A DNA stretch of 64,000 nt from Bacteroidota bacterium (GTDB taxonomy: Bacteria > Bacteroidota > Ignavibacteria > UBA10030 > UBA8401), in NCBI GenBank assembly GCA_041658205.1, contig JBBAAO010000001.1, positions 838,800-902,799 on the forward strand, given 5' to 3'. The translations under genes were made by a program, and so were the position numbers. The notes beneath the pieces are model-generated. The model ran no database searches and was not told the origin of the DNA. It saw nothing but the letters and a program-made list of their open reading frames with translations. Shown here piece after piece: positions 19,112 to 28,742 of this stretch; position 1 is the first letter of the stretch; each line of letters opens with the position of its first letter.

Positions 19112-20902
19112 ATGAAGAAGCTCTTGATTATATTTTTACTCACAGCATTATCTCTCTTTAGCTGCAATGAAAACAAATCGATTATCGGTACGACCAATCC
19201 GGTTGGGAGCGTTGATAAGATTTACGGTGTGGGTTTTCACACAAAAATTGGCGTAGGATGGGAAATCAGTTCTGCATCGATATCTCAATTTGGAATCTAT
19301 CGCCATTTTACTCCGTTGTTTTCATTTGAAAGTGGAGTAAGAATTGGGACTGTGTTAACATCTTCCCTTGGCGGAATGATTGATACAGGTTTGGTCAACG
19401 GAACGACATATTATTATACTGTTGTGCCCGAACAAAAACAAAGTGACGGAACATTCATTAAAGGAGCGGGCTCAAAAACAATAGCTCTTATCCCAAAAAA
19501 TCTATCCACTGTACCGACCGATCAGATTGTTTATTCTCAACATATACAGCCAATATTTACAAGCGGTTGTGCTATTCATGGATGCCACGGAGGGAGTGAA
19601 CATGCAACATTATTGAAATCTCTTCACGGAGGATCGGAATTTTCGTTAACCAACTGGAACAGTGTGATGGAAGGAACAGAAGAGATTCCGCAGATTGTTC
19701 CATATCGTGCTTCAAGAAGTCATATCATACAGCATCTGAATATGGATACATTAATTTCGCCGATCGCTTCACCTTCCATGCCGCAAGGATTTTCCTTTCC
19801 CACAGAACTACGCGATCTTCTCATCCGATGGATCAACAATGGCGCGAAGAATGATAATGGGACTGTTGCACATTCTTCCATGCCAATTCGAGGATGGGCG
19901 TACGTCACCAATCAAGGCGAAGATTTGACGGCAGTGATTGATTTGGATAAAAATAAGATCTCCCGATTTGTTACTTCCGGAGTTGAAAATACCGCCGCCG
20001 CACCACCGCAGGCGCCGCATAATGTTTTTGTTGATTGGCAAAATCAATATTATTATGTCAATCTCATCGGGGGGAGTAAATTGCTGAAGTTTCGAATTTC
20101 AGATAATGCGAAAGTGGGTGAATTAACAACCGGATTAAGTTCGCCGGCACAAATTGCGTTGTCTAAAAATAGCGATACGGCTTATGTTTCCAATTTTGAA
20201 AACGCAAAAACGAACATCACACTTGTCAACACTGCGACTATGACAAAACTTGCAGAGATCGGAAGTTCTGCAATGTTGAAGCCTCATGGTATTTCCATAA
20301 CTCCAAATTTCAAGTATGTATTAGTAGCAAACTCACTGTCGGATAATGTTACTGTGATACAGACATCGGACAATGCTATCGTTAAGACAATCCCAATGTC
20401 CGGCAGTGTACCGGTATTGCCTATCGGATATCAATATCAATATGAACCATATCAATCCACTATTACTCCTGATAATAATTATGCATATATCACGTGCAGA
20501 AAGTCGGGAGAGGTGCGCGTGATTGATCTTGTGCAATTAAAAGTTATTGATTCAATCAAAGTAGGAACATTTCCATTAATCCCTGCGATTACGCCAAATG
20601 GTGAGTATGTTTTTGTTGCGAATAGAAATTCAAATTCGGTTTCGGCGATTAAAACATCCACTCGAACGGTGGAATACACTGTTCCAAATGTCGGCGTTGA
20701 GCCGCACGGAATAGCAGTTTCGAAAGATGGAAATTTTGTTTATGTCTCCTGTGAAAATTTAGGAGTCAGCGAACCGCCTCACCATGCTACAACGGGAGGG
20801 AAGAAGCCTTCGTTCCTCAAAGTAATTAGCGTAGCTCAGCGTGCGGTGACTGCATCGTTAGAGTTGGGAAATTTTGGCTCCGGAATGGCAGTGACTCATT
20901 AG
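19112..20902 (+). CDS. Lipoprotein with an N-terminal Planctomycete-type cytochrome-c-like (PSCyt1-like) domain and YVTN-family β-propeller repeats
   Basis: Lipobox LSLFSC. A PSCyt1-like segment (IQPIFTSGCAIHGCHGG...SMPQGFSFPTELRDLLIRWINNGA) is followed by repeated ~40-aa YVTN-type units (YVTNQGEDLTAVIDLDKNKI..., YVSNFENAKTNITLVN..., YVLVANSLSDNVTVIQ..., YVFVANRNSNSVSAIK..., YVSCENLG...). Confidence 0.6.
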   Translation: MKKLLIIFLLTALSLFSCNENKSIIGTTNPVGSVDKIYGVGFHTKIGVGWEISSASISQFGIYRHFTPLFSFESGVRIGTVLTSSLGGMIDTGLVNGTTYYYTVVPEQKQSDGTFIKGAGSKTIALIPKNLSTVPTDQIVYSQHIQPIFTSGCAIHGCHGGSEHATLLKSLHGGSEFSLTNWNSVMEGTEEIPQIVPYRASRSHIIQHLNMDTLISPIASPSMPQGFSFPTELRDLLIRWINNGAKNDNGTVAHSSMPIRGWAYVTNQGEDLTAVIDLDKNKISRFVTSGVENTAAAPPQAPHNVFVDWQNQYYYVNLIGGSKLLKFRISDNAKVGELTTGLSSPAQIALSKNSDTAYVSNFENAKTNITLVNTATMTKLAEIGSSAMLKPHGISITPNFKYVLVANSLSDNVTVIQTSDNAIVKTIPMSGSVPVLPIGYQYQYEPYQSTITPDNNYAYITCRKSGEVRVIDLVQLKVIDSIKVGTFPLIPAITPNGEYVFVANRNSNSVSAIKTSTRTVEYTVPNVGVEPHGIAVSKDGNFVYVSCENLGVSEPPHHATTGGKKPSFLKVISVAQRAVTASLELGNFGSGMAVTH

Positions 20903-21105
20903 GGACTCGACTTCGATGTACATAACTGGCTGGATGTGTTTTATTGAAACGAGAAAGGTATTAATGATAGCGAAAGCAAGAAAAATATTTTCAAGTACAA
21001 AAATAAATTGTCATTGCCACAAAAGCCATTTATTGTTTTTCAGGATTAAATGAAGTAAGTTTAATACATACATTGAACAAATCACTCAAACTTTATTTGT
21101 GAAAA

Positions 21106-22026
21106 ATGGAACAAGCCGAAAAACTTAGCAGACCAATCGTTCAACCGCTCGATGACATATTAGGGACACCCTTTAAAGTGCTGGATGACGGGTTCATTCG
21201 TGTGGTGGATTATATGGGAAGCGATGAATCAATTGTGCAGGCAGCACGCGTTTCGTACGGAAAAGGGACGAAAAAAGTGAGTGAAGACCGGGGATTGATC
21301 CGATACCTGCTCCGCCACCAGCATACAACACCGTTTGAAATGTGTGAGATAAAATTGCATGTGCGTGTTCCAATGGACTGCTGGCGCCAGTGGATTCGTC
21401 ATCGTACGGCGAACGTGAATGAGTATTCTACTCGTTATTCGCTGGCAATCGATGCTTCGCAACGGGCCGGTGATGAGATGTGGAGAATGCAGTCCAAAGA
21501 CAATAAACAGGGGAGCGAAGGTTTTTTTGATCTGGAGACGGGGAAAAAATTATCAGCACAGGAACTTCAATTGCAGAACATGGCTCGCTCCGTCTATGAA
21601 GAGCGAGTGAATTCCGGAATGGCGCGCGAGCAGGCAAGAAAAGATCTTCCGCTTTCTACCTACACTGAAGCATATTGGAAAGTAGATTTACATAATCTTC
21701 TCCATTTTCTCTGGTTGCGAATGGATTCCCATGCACAGTATGAGATTCGCGCTTATGCAAACACGATCGGCAACGAAATTGTGAAACGTTGGGTGCCGAT
21801 GGCGTGGGAAGCATTTCAAGATTATAAAGTGCAGGCGTCCTCGCTCTCGCATATAGAGATCGAGATTATCAAGGCCTTAAATTCTCAAGGGAAAGAAGCA
21901 GCAATGAATGTTGCAAGAGGATTTGGATTACTTCCTCCCGCCGGTCAAGAAATAAAAAGTAATCGGGAGCGGGGAGATATTGAAGCGAAATTGGAAATGC
22001 TGGGGATTAGTATTCCCTGGAAATAA
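21106..22026 (+). CDS. thyX: FAD-dependent thymidylate synthase ThyX
   Basis: 306 aa containing the ThyX signature RHRTANVNEYSTRYS (RHRxxxxxxS). Confidence 0.85.
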   Translation: MEQAEKLSRPIVQPLDDILGTPFKVLDDGFIRVVDYMGSDESIVQAARVSYGKGTKKVSEDRGLIRYLLRHQHTTPFEMCEIKLHVRVPMDCWRQWIRHRTANVNEYSTRYSLAIDASQRAGDEMWRMQSKDNKQGSEGFFDLETGKKLSAQELQLQNMARSVYEERVNSGMAREQARKDLPLSTYTEAYWKVDLHNLLHFLWLRMDSHAQYEIRAYANTIGNEIVKRWVPMAWEAFQDYKVQASSLSHIEIEIIKALNSQGKEAAMNVARGFGLLPPAGQEIKSNRERGDIEAKLEMLGISIPWK

Positions 22027-22506
22027 TTGATGAAAATCATTCTGATTGCGGCGCTGAATACACACCGTGTCATCGGTAAGGATGGGAAGATTCCGTGGCG
22101 AATCCCTGAAGATCAGCAACGATTCAAACGTCTCACATCCTATCACACGGTTTTGATGGGAAGGAAAACGTTTGACTCAATTGGTAAACCTCTCCCTAAT
22201 AGAAAAAATATAGTCATCTCTCGGCACAATATTCCTGCTGTTGAGATAGTGACATACTCCTCTCTGGAAACAGCTCTTTCGAATCAAACTACTCAAGAAA
22301 AAATTTTCGTTATCGGCGGGGGAGAGATCTTTCGTCAAACGATTGATCGTGCTGATGAATTGATGTTAACCCAGGTAGAAAATGAAGAAACGGGAGATAC
22401 ATTCTTCCCGCCGTATGAACATCTTATCGGAACCGTATTCACTCTTGTTTCCGAAGAAAAAGAGGAAGGATATCAATTCCGGAATTATATCAAACTCCGG
22501 AATTGA
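22027..22506 (+). CDS. folA: Dihydrofolate reductase
   Basis: 159 aa. DHFR motifs are IILIAALNTHRVIGKDGKIPW, VLMGRKTFDSIGKPLPNRKNIVISR and VIGGGEIF. The start abuts the thyX stop with no gap. Confidence 0.85.
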   Translation: MMKIILIAALNTHRVIGKDGKIPWRIPEDQQRFKRLTSYHTVLMGRKTFDSIGKPLPNRKNIVISRHNIPAVEIVTYSSLETALSNQTTQEKIFVIGGGEIFRQTIDRADELMLTQVENEETGDTFFPPYEHLIGTVFTLVSEEKEEGYQFRNYIKLRN

Positions 22507-22516
22507 TATGTATCCG

Positions 22517-25500
22517 TTAGAGCTGGCGATATACTGGCAATTCGATCACAAACGTTGAGCCGCTTCCCGTTGTACTTTCCGCCCACACTTTTCCGTTATG
22601 CATTTCAACAATTTTTTTAACGATCGCAAGTCCAAGTCCGGTAGAAATTTCACCGCCGGTAGGTTGAGCGGAAAGACGCTTGAATTGTTGGAACAATTGT
22701 TTCTTATCCTCTTCAGTCAATCCCGGTCCTTGATCCCGGATCTTAATCAATGCCGTCATTTCGTACACCTCTACCGAGACGGAGATAGTCGTGTTTGCAT
22801 CTGAAAACTTTCCTGCATTATTCACAAGATTGTCGATCGCCTCGTTCAACCAGCGTTCGCTTCCGCTGACAACACATTTCTCTGCTGTCGTTGAAAAATC
22901 GATGATTTGTGATTTCTGTTGCATTTGGATTCGGTTTTTCAATACAACGAGTTCGGTCAATTGTACGATATCAATCCTAGACTTCGTGAATACCAGTTCC
23001 CCTTTTTCTAATGCCGACGAACTTAATGTATCTTCAATCAACTTTAGCATATATTGCGTTGTTTGTTCCATTAACTGTGCGTGTTCTTGGACAACCAATT
23101 GATCGTTTTGATTGTCGTTGATGGCGTTAGCGAATTGATTGAGATTGACAACTTTATTTTTGAAATCGTGTGACAGGATACTCAGAAGATCGGATTTTTC
23201 CTTGTTCGCCTTGTCCAGTCGAGTGTTGATCTGCGATAACTCATCTCTTGCAGATTCCACATCCCGAAGATGTTGTTCTATTTTCTCTTTTGTGTTGACA
23301 AGTTCTTTTGTCCGATCATCGACTACCGTCTTAAGGTGCTTTGCATGACGGCTAATATTTGCCGTACGAACTGCATATAATCCTGCACCAAGCAACACTA
23401 ATCCGACACCGACGAGCAAACCAAAATACATTGTCTGCCGAAAGAACGGTTCAAATACAATTTCTGCAGTAGCTTCTTCTTCACTCCACGTTCCACCATC
23501 TATTGAAGAACTCACTCGGAAGGTATATTCTCCAGGAGGAATATTGGTATAGTACGCTGTTCTTCGCGTACCGGCGTCATTCCAGTTTGCGTCAAATCCT
23601 TCTAATGTATAGCGAAATCGAATCCGTTCCGGCGACACATAACTTAGTGCGGTATAATGAAATTCCACGGAAGAATATCCCGGCTCTATAACAAGAGTGG
23701 AATCCGGGTAAAACGTTTGATCGTTGATTCGCACTTCCTCAACATGCAACGGAAATTTATTGTAGCGATCAACAATTCTTGCCGTATCAACCATGGCAAG
23801 TCCGCCAACGGTTGTAAACCATATCTTTCCGTCGGATGATTTGATGATACTCGGACTAGAAACGCCGCTGATCTCAGCATTTTGCAATCCGTCCGAACGT
23901 CCGAAATCAATTCTCGAGAATTTTTTTAATGTTCCTTCGGCTATTTTTTGGAATTCAGATTTCGGAATTCGTGCAATGCCTTGGTTGCCGCCGATCCACA
24001 TATACCCTTTATCATCTTCAATAATCATTAACGTAACATCTTCGCGCAAACCGTTCTTCGTGGTAAATGTTTGGAATGTTCCATCGGCAAATCTGTTGAT
24101 GCCGCCGCCGTTGGTTCCAACCCACAATGCTCCCGATTTATCGATAAACATCGAAAGAATAAAATTATTCGAAAGGCCGTCCTTTACGGTATACGTTCCG
24201 ATTCCTTTTGGAGTGATTCTGTTGATGCCGCCGCCGTTCGTACCGACCCAGATTTCATCCTTACCGGATTTAACCATGGCAAGGATATTATCGTTTGCCA
24301 ATCCTTGTTTCGTAGTGAGTGGAATAATGGAATCTCCTTTGATCCTTGAAATGCCTCCACCATATGTTGCAACGTAGAGATCATTGTCAAAACCTTCCTG
24401 AAAGGCTCGAATGTAATTTTCGGTTAATCCATTGTCACTATTATATCGTGTAAATTGCTGGCCGGGTTTCTTATTTTCATCGTATCGTATGACGCCGCCA
24501 CCATCTGTTCCGATCCATAGCGCTCCATTTTTATCTTCATATAATGCACGAATAAATTTGTTGGGAAGTTCTTTTTCATTCAAGATTTTTACAGTCTTGC
24601 CCTCTAGGCAGTTCAAGCCGCTTCCGTTAGTACCGACCCAGATTCGTTTATGTGAATCTTCAAAAACGGTGCGGACATAGGTGTCCGAAAGACCGAATTT
24701 TTTTCCATACAGTTCAAATTTTCTGATGTGTAATTGACTAAGGCCGTTTCGGGTGCCGATCCAAATGTTTTGTTCATTGTCCTGATAAATTGTCCGGATG
24801 AAATTGTTTACCAATCCATCTTCAAAAGTCAATGCATCGAATTGTTTTTTGTCGTGTGTGCGGAGAAATCTGTTTAATCCTCCTCCGTCCGTCCCGATCC
24901 AGACTGTGTTATCGATATCGACGAACAATGTCCGAATGGCATTGTTTGTGAGACCATCTGCAGTAGTGAATGATTGTATTTTGCCCTCTGCCATTTTTGC
25001 AAGGCCATTTGAAGTGCCAATCCACAATGCTCCATCGTGATCTTCCGCGAGAGCGGTGATTGAATTATTTGGGAGTCCGTTGGATGTCGTCAAAGTTTGA
25101 ACGTTGTTTCCTTCAACGAGAATAAGGCCAACATCTGTTGCCAGATACATTGGTTTTTGTTTCGGATGAACCATTGTACGGAAAAGTATATTTTTCGGCA
25201 GTTGCTGCTCCAGGAATGGTTCAATCCCGGAAATATTTCCGTCAACATCAATGTTGATGCGATGAATGCCTCCGCGCTCTGTTCCAACAATGATGTTATT
25301 CCCTTCGGCGGGGAGAATAGTTTTAATATATTCTTTTCCTCCGGATTCAAACGCATCGAGGGCACTGAAGGAATGTTTTGTAAACCGGACGATACCACCG
25401 CCATTGGTACCAAACCATGAAGTTCCGAATGTATCTTCGTACATTACGGCAACGTGATTAATCTTAAATGCGGGAGTGATGGATTTATTAAAGTGAACGA

Positions 25501-25726
25501 ACTTTACTCCATCGTATCTTGCAAGACCGGCATAGGTACCGATCCATAAATATCCATTGGCTGTCTGCTTGACCAGATCGACCGTATTTTGAGGAAGCCC
25601 ATTGTCCGCCGTGAAATTGGTTATCACATACGTATCAAAGGAGGGGAGTTCATAATTCTTGTCTTGTGCTTGGACAAGAATAACGGAAATGATCTGTAGA
25701 ATGATAAAATATGCTGTTCTTTTCAT
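22517..25726 (-). CDS. Sensor histidine kinase with periplasmic two-component-regulator β-propeller repeats and a Y_Y_Y domain
   Basis: 1069 aa. The domain order is signal peptide, many ~45-aa propeller repeats (…LWIGTNGGGINR…), a Y_Y_Y region (FRYTLEGFDANW…YTFRV), one TM, a coiled coil, HisKA (LSHDFKN) and HATPase_c (…GLGLAIVKKIVEMHNGKVWAEST…). No receiver or DNA-binding domain. Confidence 0.85.
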   Translation of the reverse strand: MKRTAYFIILQIISVILVQAQDKNYELPSFDTYVITNFTADNGLPQNTVDLVKQTANGYLWIGTYAGLARYDGVKFVHFNKSITPAFKINHVAVMYEDTFGTSWFGTNGGGIVRFTKHSFSALDAFESGGKEYIKTILPAEGNNIIVGTERGGIHRINIDVDGNISGIEPFLEQQLPKNILFRTMVHPKQKPMYLATDVGLILVEGNNVQTLTTSNGLPNNSITALAEDHDGALWIGTSNGLAKMAEGKIQSFTTADGLTNNAIRTLFVDIDNTVWIGTDGGGLNRFLRTHDKKQFDALTFEDGLVNNFIRTIYQDNEQNIWIGTRNGLSQLHIRKFELYGKKFGLSDTYVRTVFEDSHKRIWVGTNGSGLNCLEGKTVKILNEKELPNKFIRALYEDKNGALWIGTDGGGVIRYDENKKPGQQFTRYNSDNGLTENYIRAFQEGFDNDLYVATYGGGISRIKGDSIIPLTTKQGLANDNILAMVKSGKDEIWVGTNGGGINRITPKGIGTYTVKDGLSNNFILSMFIDKSGALWVGTNGGGINRFADGTFQTFTTKNGLREDVTLMIIEDDKGYMWIGGNQGIARIPKSEFQKIAEGTLKKFSRIDFGRSDGLQNAEISGVSSPSIIKSSDGKIWFTTVGGLAMVDTARIVDRYNKFPLHVEEVRINDQTFYPDSTLVIEPGYSSVEFHYTALSYVSPERIRFRYTLEGFDANWNDAGTRRTAYYTNIPPGEYTFRVSSSIDGGTWSEEEATAEIVFEPFFRQTMYFGLLVGVGLVLLGAGLYAVRTANISRHAKHLKTVVDDRTKELVNTKEKIEQHLRDVESARDELSQINTRLDKANKEKSDLLSILSHDFKNKVVNLNQFANAINDNQNDQLVVQEHAQLMEQTTQYMLKLIEDTLSSSALEKGELVFTKSRIDIVQLTELVVLKNRIQMQQKSQIIDFSTTAEKCVVSGSERWLNEAIDNLVNNAGKFSDANTTISVSVEVYEMTALIKIRDQGPGLTEEDKKQLFQQFKRLSAQPTGGEISTGLGLAIVKKIVEMHNGKVWAESTTGSGSTFVIELPVYRQL

Positions 25727-25843
25727 AATTTTTCGCAGGTTGAGGTTGGATAATTTACGAATATTAAATTGAATTATGCTAAAGCATTTGTTAGAATATT
25801 ATATAAATTGAGGGATCATTTTAAGAACGGATTCCTTTACCCT

Positions 25844-26290
25844 ATGAAAACAATAGTGTTACTATTATCAATATTATCGGTATTTGGTTTTTCTTTGCAG
25901 AATATCAATTCTGTCCAACCAAAACCGATATATAAACATATACCTCAATATCCTGAGAATGCGCGAAAGCTGAGAGTTGAAGCGGAGGTTGCATTAAATG
26001 TTTTAATTGGAAAGGATGGGAATGTGAAGGAGACCGATTTGCTTCAAGCAATTATTTTTTATCCCGGGGAAAGTGTCAGCATCGAATCCCTCTCGGATTT
26101 GAACAATATCCCATCGACTCATCGCCAGACGGCAGCAAAATTGTTGGAACTAGCACATCAATCGGCGCAGCAATGGAAATTTACACCGGCAATGATTAAC
26201 GGTAAGCCCGATGAATCGGTCATTGTCATTCCATTCACATTTAAACTCACCAGCACAAATCAAGAAAAAAACATCCAGAAGAAAAAGTGA
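25844..26290 (+). CDS. Exported protein with a TonB C-terminal-like domain
   Basis: Signal peptide MKTIVLLLSILSVFGFSLQ (ATG at 25844; the track ORF starts at 25769). The C-terminal segment ...WKFTPAMINGKPDESVIVIPFTFKL resembles TonB_C and is paralogous to the C-terminus of the 27351 gene. Confidence 0.55.
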   Translation: MKTIVLLLSILSVFGFSLQNINSVQPKPIYKHIPQYPENARKLRVEAEVALNVLIGKDGNVKETDLLQAIIFYPGESVSIESLSDLNNIPSTHRQTAAKLLELAHQSAQQWKFTPAMINGKPDESVIVIPFTFKLTSTNQEKNIQKKK

Positions 26291-26343
26291 ACAAATATCA
26301 TTTTTATGAGCAACTTTTTCCCTCCTTTCTTATCCTATAAGTG

Positions 26344-26904
26344 ATGCAGCAATTACCACTCACCGATGAGCAGCTTGCGATTCGCCTACAATCTGGCGAT
26401 TCGGATGCGACCGCCTTGATCTATGAACGATTCAAGAGTGGATTATTTTTATTCTGCATCCGCATTTTGTCAGATGCTGATGCGGCAGAAGATGCCGTGC
26501 ATGAAACATTTGTGAAGATGATCGTTCAACGTTCACAATTGAATCATCCAACGTCGTTGAAATCTTGGATCTTCACGATTGCACGCAACGAATCATTTGC
26601 TGCGCTGAACCGGAAGAAGAAAATACGAGAACTTAACGATCAAGATGAAGATGTATTTGAATCGGAAGCATCTCCGCCGATGGTCGAAACAGATGAACGA
26701 ATGAAAATAGTAGAGCGCATGTTGGATCAACTTCTGCCACAATATAAAGAAGTGCTGTTGTTACGTGAATATGAATCGATGGATTACGTGGAAATAGCAA
26801 AAGTTACCGGAACAACGATTAGCTCGGTGAAGTCGCGGCTTTTTAAGGCGAGAAAAGCAATGTTGAAAAAATTAGAATCTCTCAAAAAAGGGAGGGCACT
26901 ATGA
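26344..26904 (+). CDS. RNA polymerase sigma-70 factor, ECF subfamily
   Basis: ~186 aa. Region 2 (…IYERFKSGLFLFCIRILSDADAAEDAVHETFVKM…) and region 4 (…MDYVEIAKVTGTTISSVKSRLFKARKAML…). Confidence 0.85.
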   Translation: MQQLPLTDEQLAIRLQSGDSDATALIYERFKSGLFLFCIRILSDADAAEDAVHETFVKMIVQRSQLNHPTSLKSWIFTIARNESFAALNRKKKIRELNDQDEDVFESEASPPMVETDERMKIVERMLDQLLPQYKEVLLLREYESMDYVEIAKVTGTTISSVKSRLFKARKAMLKKLESLKKGRAL

Positions 26905-27338
26905 ATGTAAAAGAAGAATTACTCTTCCGTTGTTTTGATGAAGACCTGAATGACGATGAGATGAAAAAACTTTTTGTTGATTTAAGCAAAGATGATGATC
27001 TCAGAAATTCATTTCGGAACATGCTGAGATTACAACATGACCTACAGATGATCTCGAAGCCGACCGTTCCACATGCACTGGATATGCAAATGAAAACACT
27101 GAGTTCGTCTTCACGACTAAGCAATATGCCGGACAGGCCGTTGTTGCGGCGAATTGTTTCAAAAAAGATCAGTCTTTCTATTCCTGCATTTGCTGCAGCG
27201 ATGCTTCTGATGCTCCTTGGGAGTTATATCCTCGCGACGAATGTGGCAGTGCAGAAACCAAAGATGGAGTATGTCTATGTCGTTGAAATGCCGGCATACG
27301 TTGTTCAAAGTAATTACAATCCTATAAAAAATAATTAA
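26901..27338 (+). CDS. Putative anti-sigma factor (single-pass membrane protein)
   Basis: 145 aa. The start overlaps the sigma-factor stop (ATGA). It has one TM (IPAFAAAMLLMLLGSYILA). The position is typical of ECF anti-sigma factors. Confidence 0.6.
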   Translation: MNVKEELLFRCFDEDLNDDEMKKLFVDLSKDDDLRNSFRNMLRLQHDLQMISKPTVPHALDMQMKTLSSSSRLSNMPDRPLLRRIVSKKISLSIPAFAAAMLLMLLGSYILATNVAVQKPKMEYVYVVEMPAYVVQSNYNPIKNN

Positions 27339-27350
27339 TGAGGAGTTTTT

Positions 27351-28106
27351 ATGAAAACACTTTTTTTTGCCTTCACTGTTTGTTCCATGTTTGTCTATCT
27401 CTATGCTCAAACCAATGAAGGATTATTATCGACAAATTCTTCGCAACCTATTTTAGAGCAACAACAAAAACCGGAAGGATCTATCATTGGGACAGTAATC
27501 GACATTATTGATAGAGGTCCGATAGACAAAGCGACAGTTGAACTTCTCGGAACCGGATTGAAGGTTACGACGTTGAAGGATGGCCAGTTTAAAATCCAAA
27601 ATGTTCCCCAAGGGTTTTATCAAGTGCGCGCCGTTGCATCAGGGTACGATCAACAAACGCAAAACAATCTTTATGTTGATGCGGGGAGACCGGCGCCAGC
27701 ATTTTTTATGTTGAAAAAAATTGGGACGAAAGAAGCTGCTGAATCTGAAAACGGTTCTCCGGTTCCCATCAGTACGAAATCCCCAATCTATCCGGAAGAA
27801 GCGAGAAAGAATGGAGTCGAAGGTATCTTTTATTTCGTTCTAAGAGTTTCTGAAAACGGGTCAATCGCTTCAGCCCATTGTACGGAACGGAATATTTTTG
27901 CAGAGGATGGAAAATTAAAGGATGCGCAAGCGTATGACAAATACCCACAGGCAGTAAATCAGCTTGAAAAAGAAGCACTAGAATCAATTTGGCAGTGGAA
28001 ATTTAAGCCCGCCATGAAGGAAGGAAAGCCAATAGAATCAAGAGTAACATTGCCTGTAAAATTTAAATTAGATCAACACCAAAAAGGTGAAGGTAAAGAG
28101 AAATAA
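27351..28106 (+). CDS. Exported protein with a carboxypeptidase-regulatory-like domain plus a TonB C-terminal-like domain
   Basis: Signal peptide. CarboxypepD_reg-type β-sandwich (GSIIGTVIDIIDRGPIDKATVELLGTGLKVTTLKDGQFKIQNVPQGFYQVRAVASGYD). C-terminal TonB_C-like ...WQWKFKPAMKEGKPIESRVTLPVKFKL. RBS AGGAG. Confidence 0.6.
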   Translation: MKTLFFAFTVCSMFVYLYAQTNEGLLSTNSSQPILEQQQKPEGSIIGTVIDIIDRGPIDKATVELLGTGLKVTTLKDGQFKIQNVPQGFYQVRAVASGYDQQTQNNLYVDAGRPAPAFFMLKKIGTKEAAESENGSPVPISTKSPIYPEEARKNGVEGIFYFVLRVSENGSIASAHCTERNIFAEDGKLKDAQAYDKYPQAVNQLEKEALESIWQWKFKPAMKEGKPIESRVTLPVKFKLDQHQKGEGKEK

Positions 28107-28136
28107 TGCAGCGATAGTGAAACACACGGAATAGAA

Positions 28137-28553
28137 TTACCGTACTTCTACACTGCTCGTTACCGCTGCTCCTGCTGCTTCCAATGTCTTGGAGACAGAA
28201 CAATATTTCGTTACGGAAAGCTCAACCGCGCGTTGGGCTTTTTCTTTTGGGACATCTCCCGTGAATGTAAAATGAAGATGAACTTTCTTCCAGAGATTGG
28301 CATCTTTCCCGGTTTCACGCTCTCCTTCGATTGTGACAGTCATGTCATATGTTTCAATTTTTTGTTTCTTCAGAATAGAAATAACATCAATCGAACTGCA
28401 TGCACCTGCTGCTGCAAGTAATGTTTGCATCGGTCGAAAGCCTTCTTCGTTTCCACCGCCCCCTTTGGAGTTATCAAATACGATCTTATTGTCGTGTTCA
28501 TTTGCTGCTTCCATTTTATAGTTGCTGTCTACGCGGCGAAGTATAACTTTCAT
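28137..28553 (-). CDS. OsmC/Ohr-family protein
   Basis: 138 aa. OsmC-family features: the conserved Cys pair region (AAGACSSIDVISIL… and …KYCSVSKTL). Confidence 0.8.
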   Translation of the reverse strand: MKVILRRVDSNYKMEAANEHDNKIVFDNSKGGGGNEEGFRPMQTLLAAAGACSSIDVISILKKQKIETYDMTVTIEGERETGKDANLWKKVHLHFTFTGDVPKEKAQRAVELSVTKYCSVSKTLEAAGAAVTSSVEVR

Positions 28554-28742
28554 GATCTCATTTCCTTTTTTTTGAAATATACGAAAGAATGTTGAGAATC
28601 CATTTCAAAATATTCAAAAAATCTGGAACGTGAACAAACAAAATGATGTTCAATGATATAACGAGAAAAAATGTCGCTATATATTGCGTTGATTTTTCAG
28701 ATACCTTTCTCTACTTTGGGTTCGCATAAAAAAGGAGTACGC

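Noticed and set aside
22598-25457. Multiple 60-190-aa ORFs on the + strand
   Set aside because: All are antisense to the 1069-aa sensor-kinase gene, with low-complexity Ser/Pro/Asn-rich translations. They are shadow ORFs.
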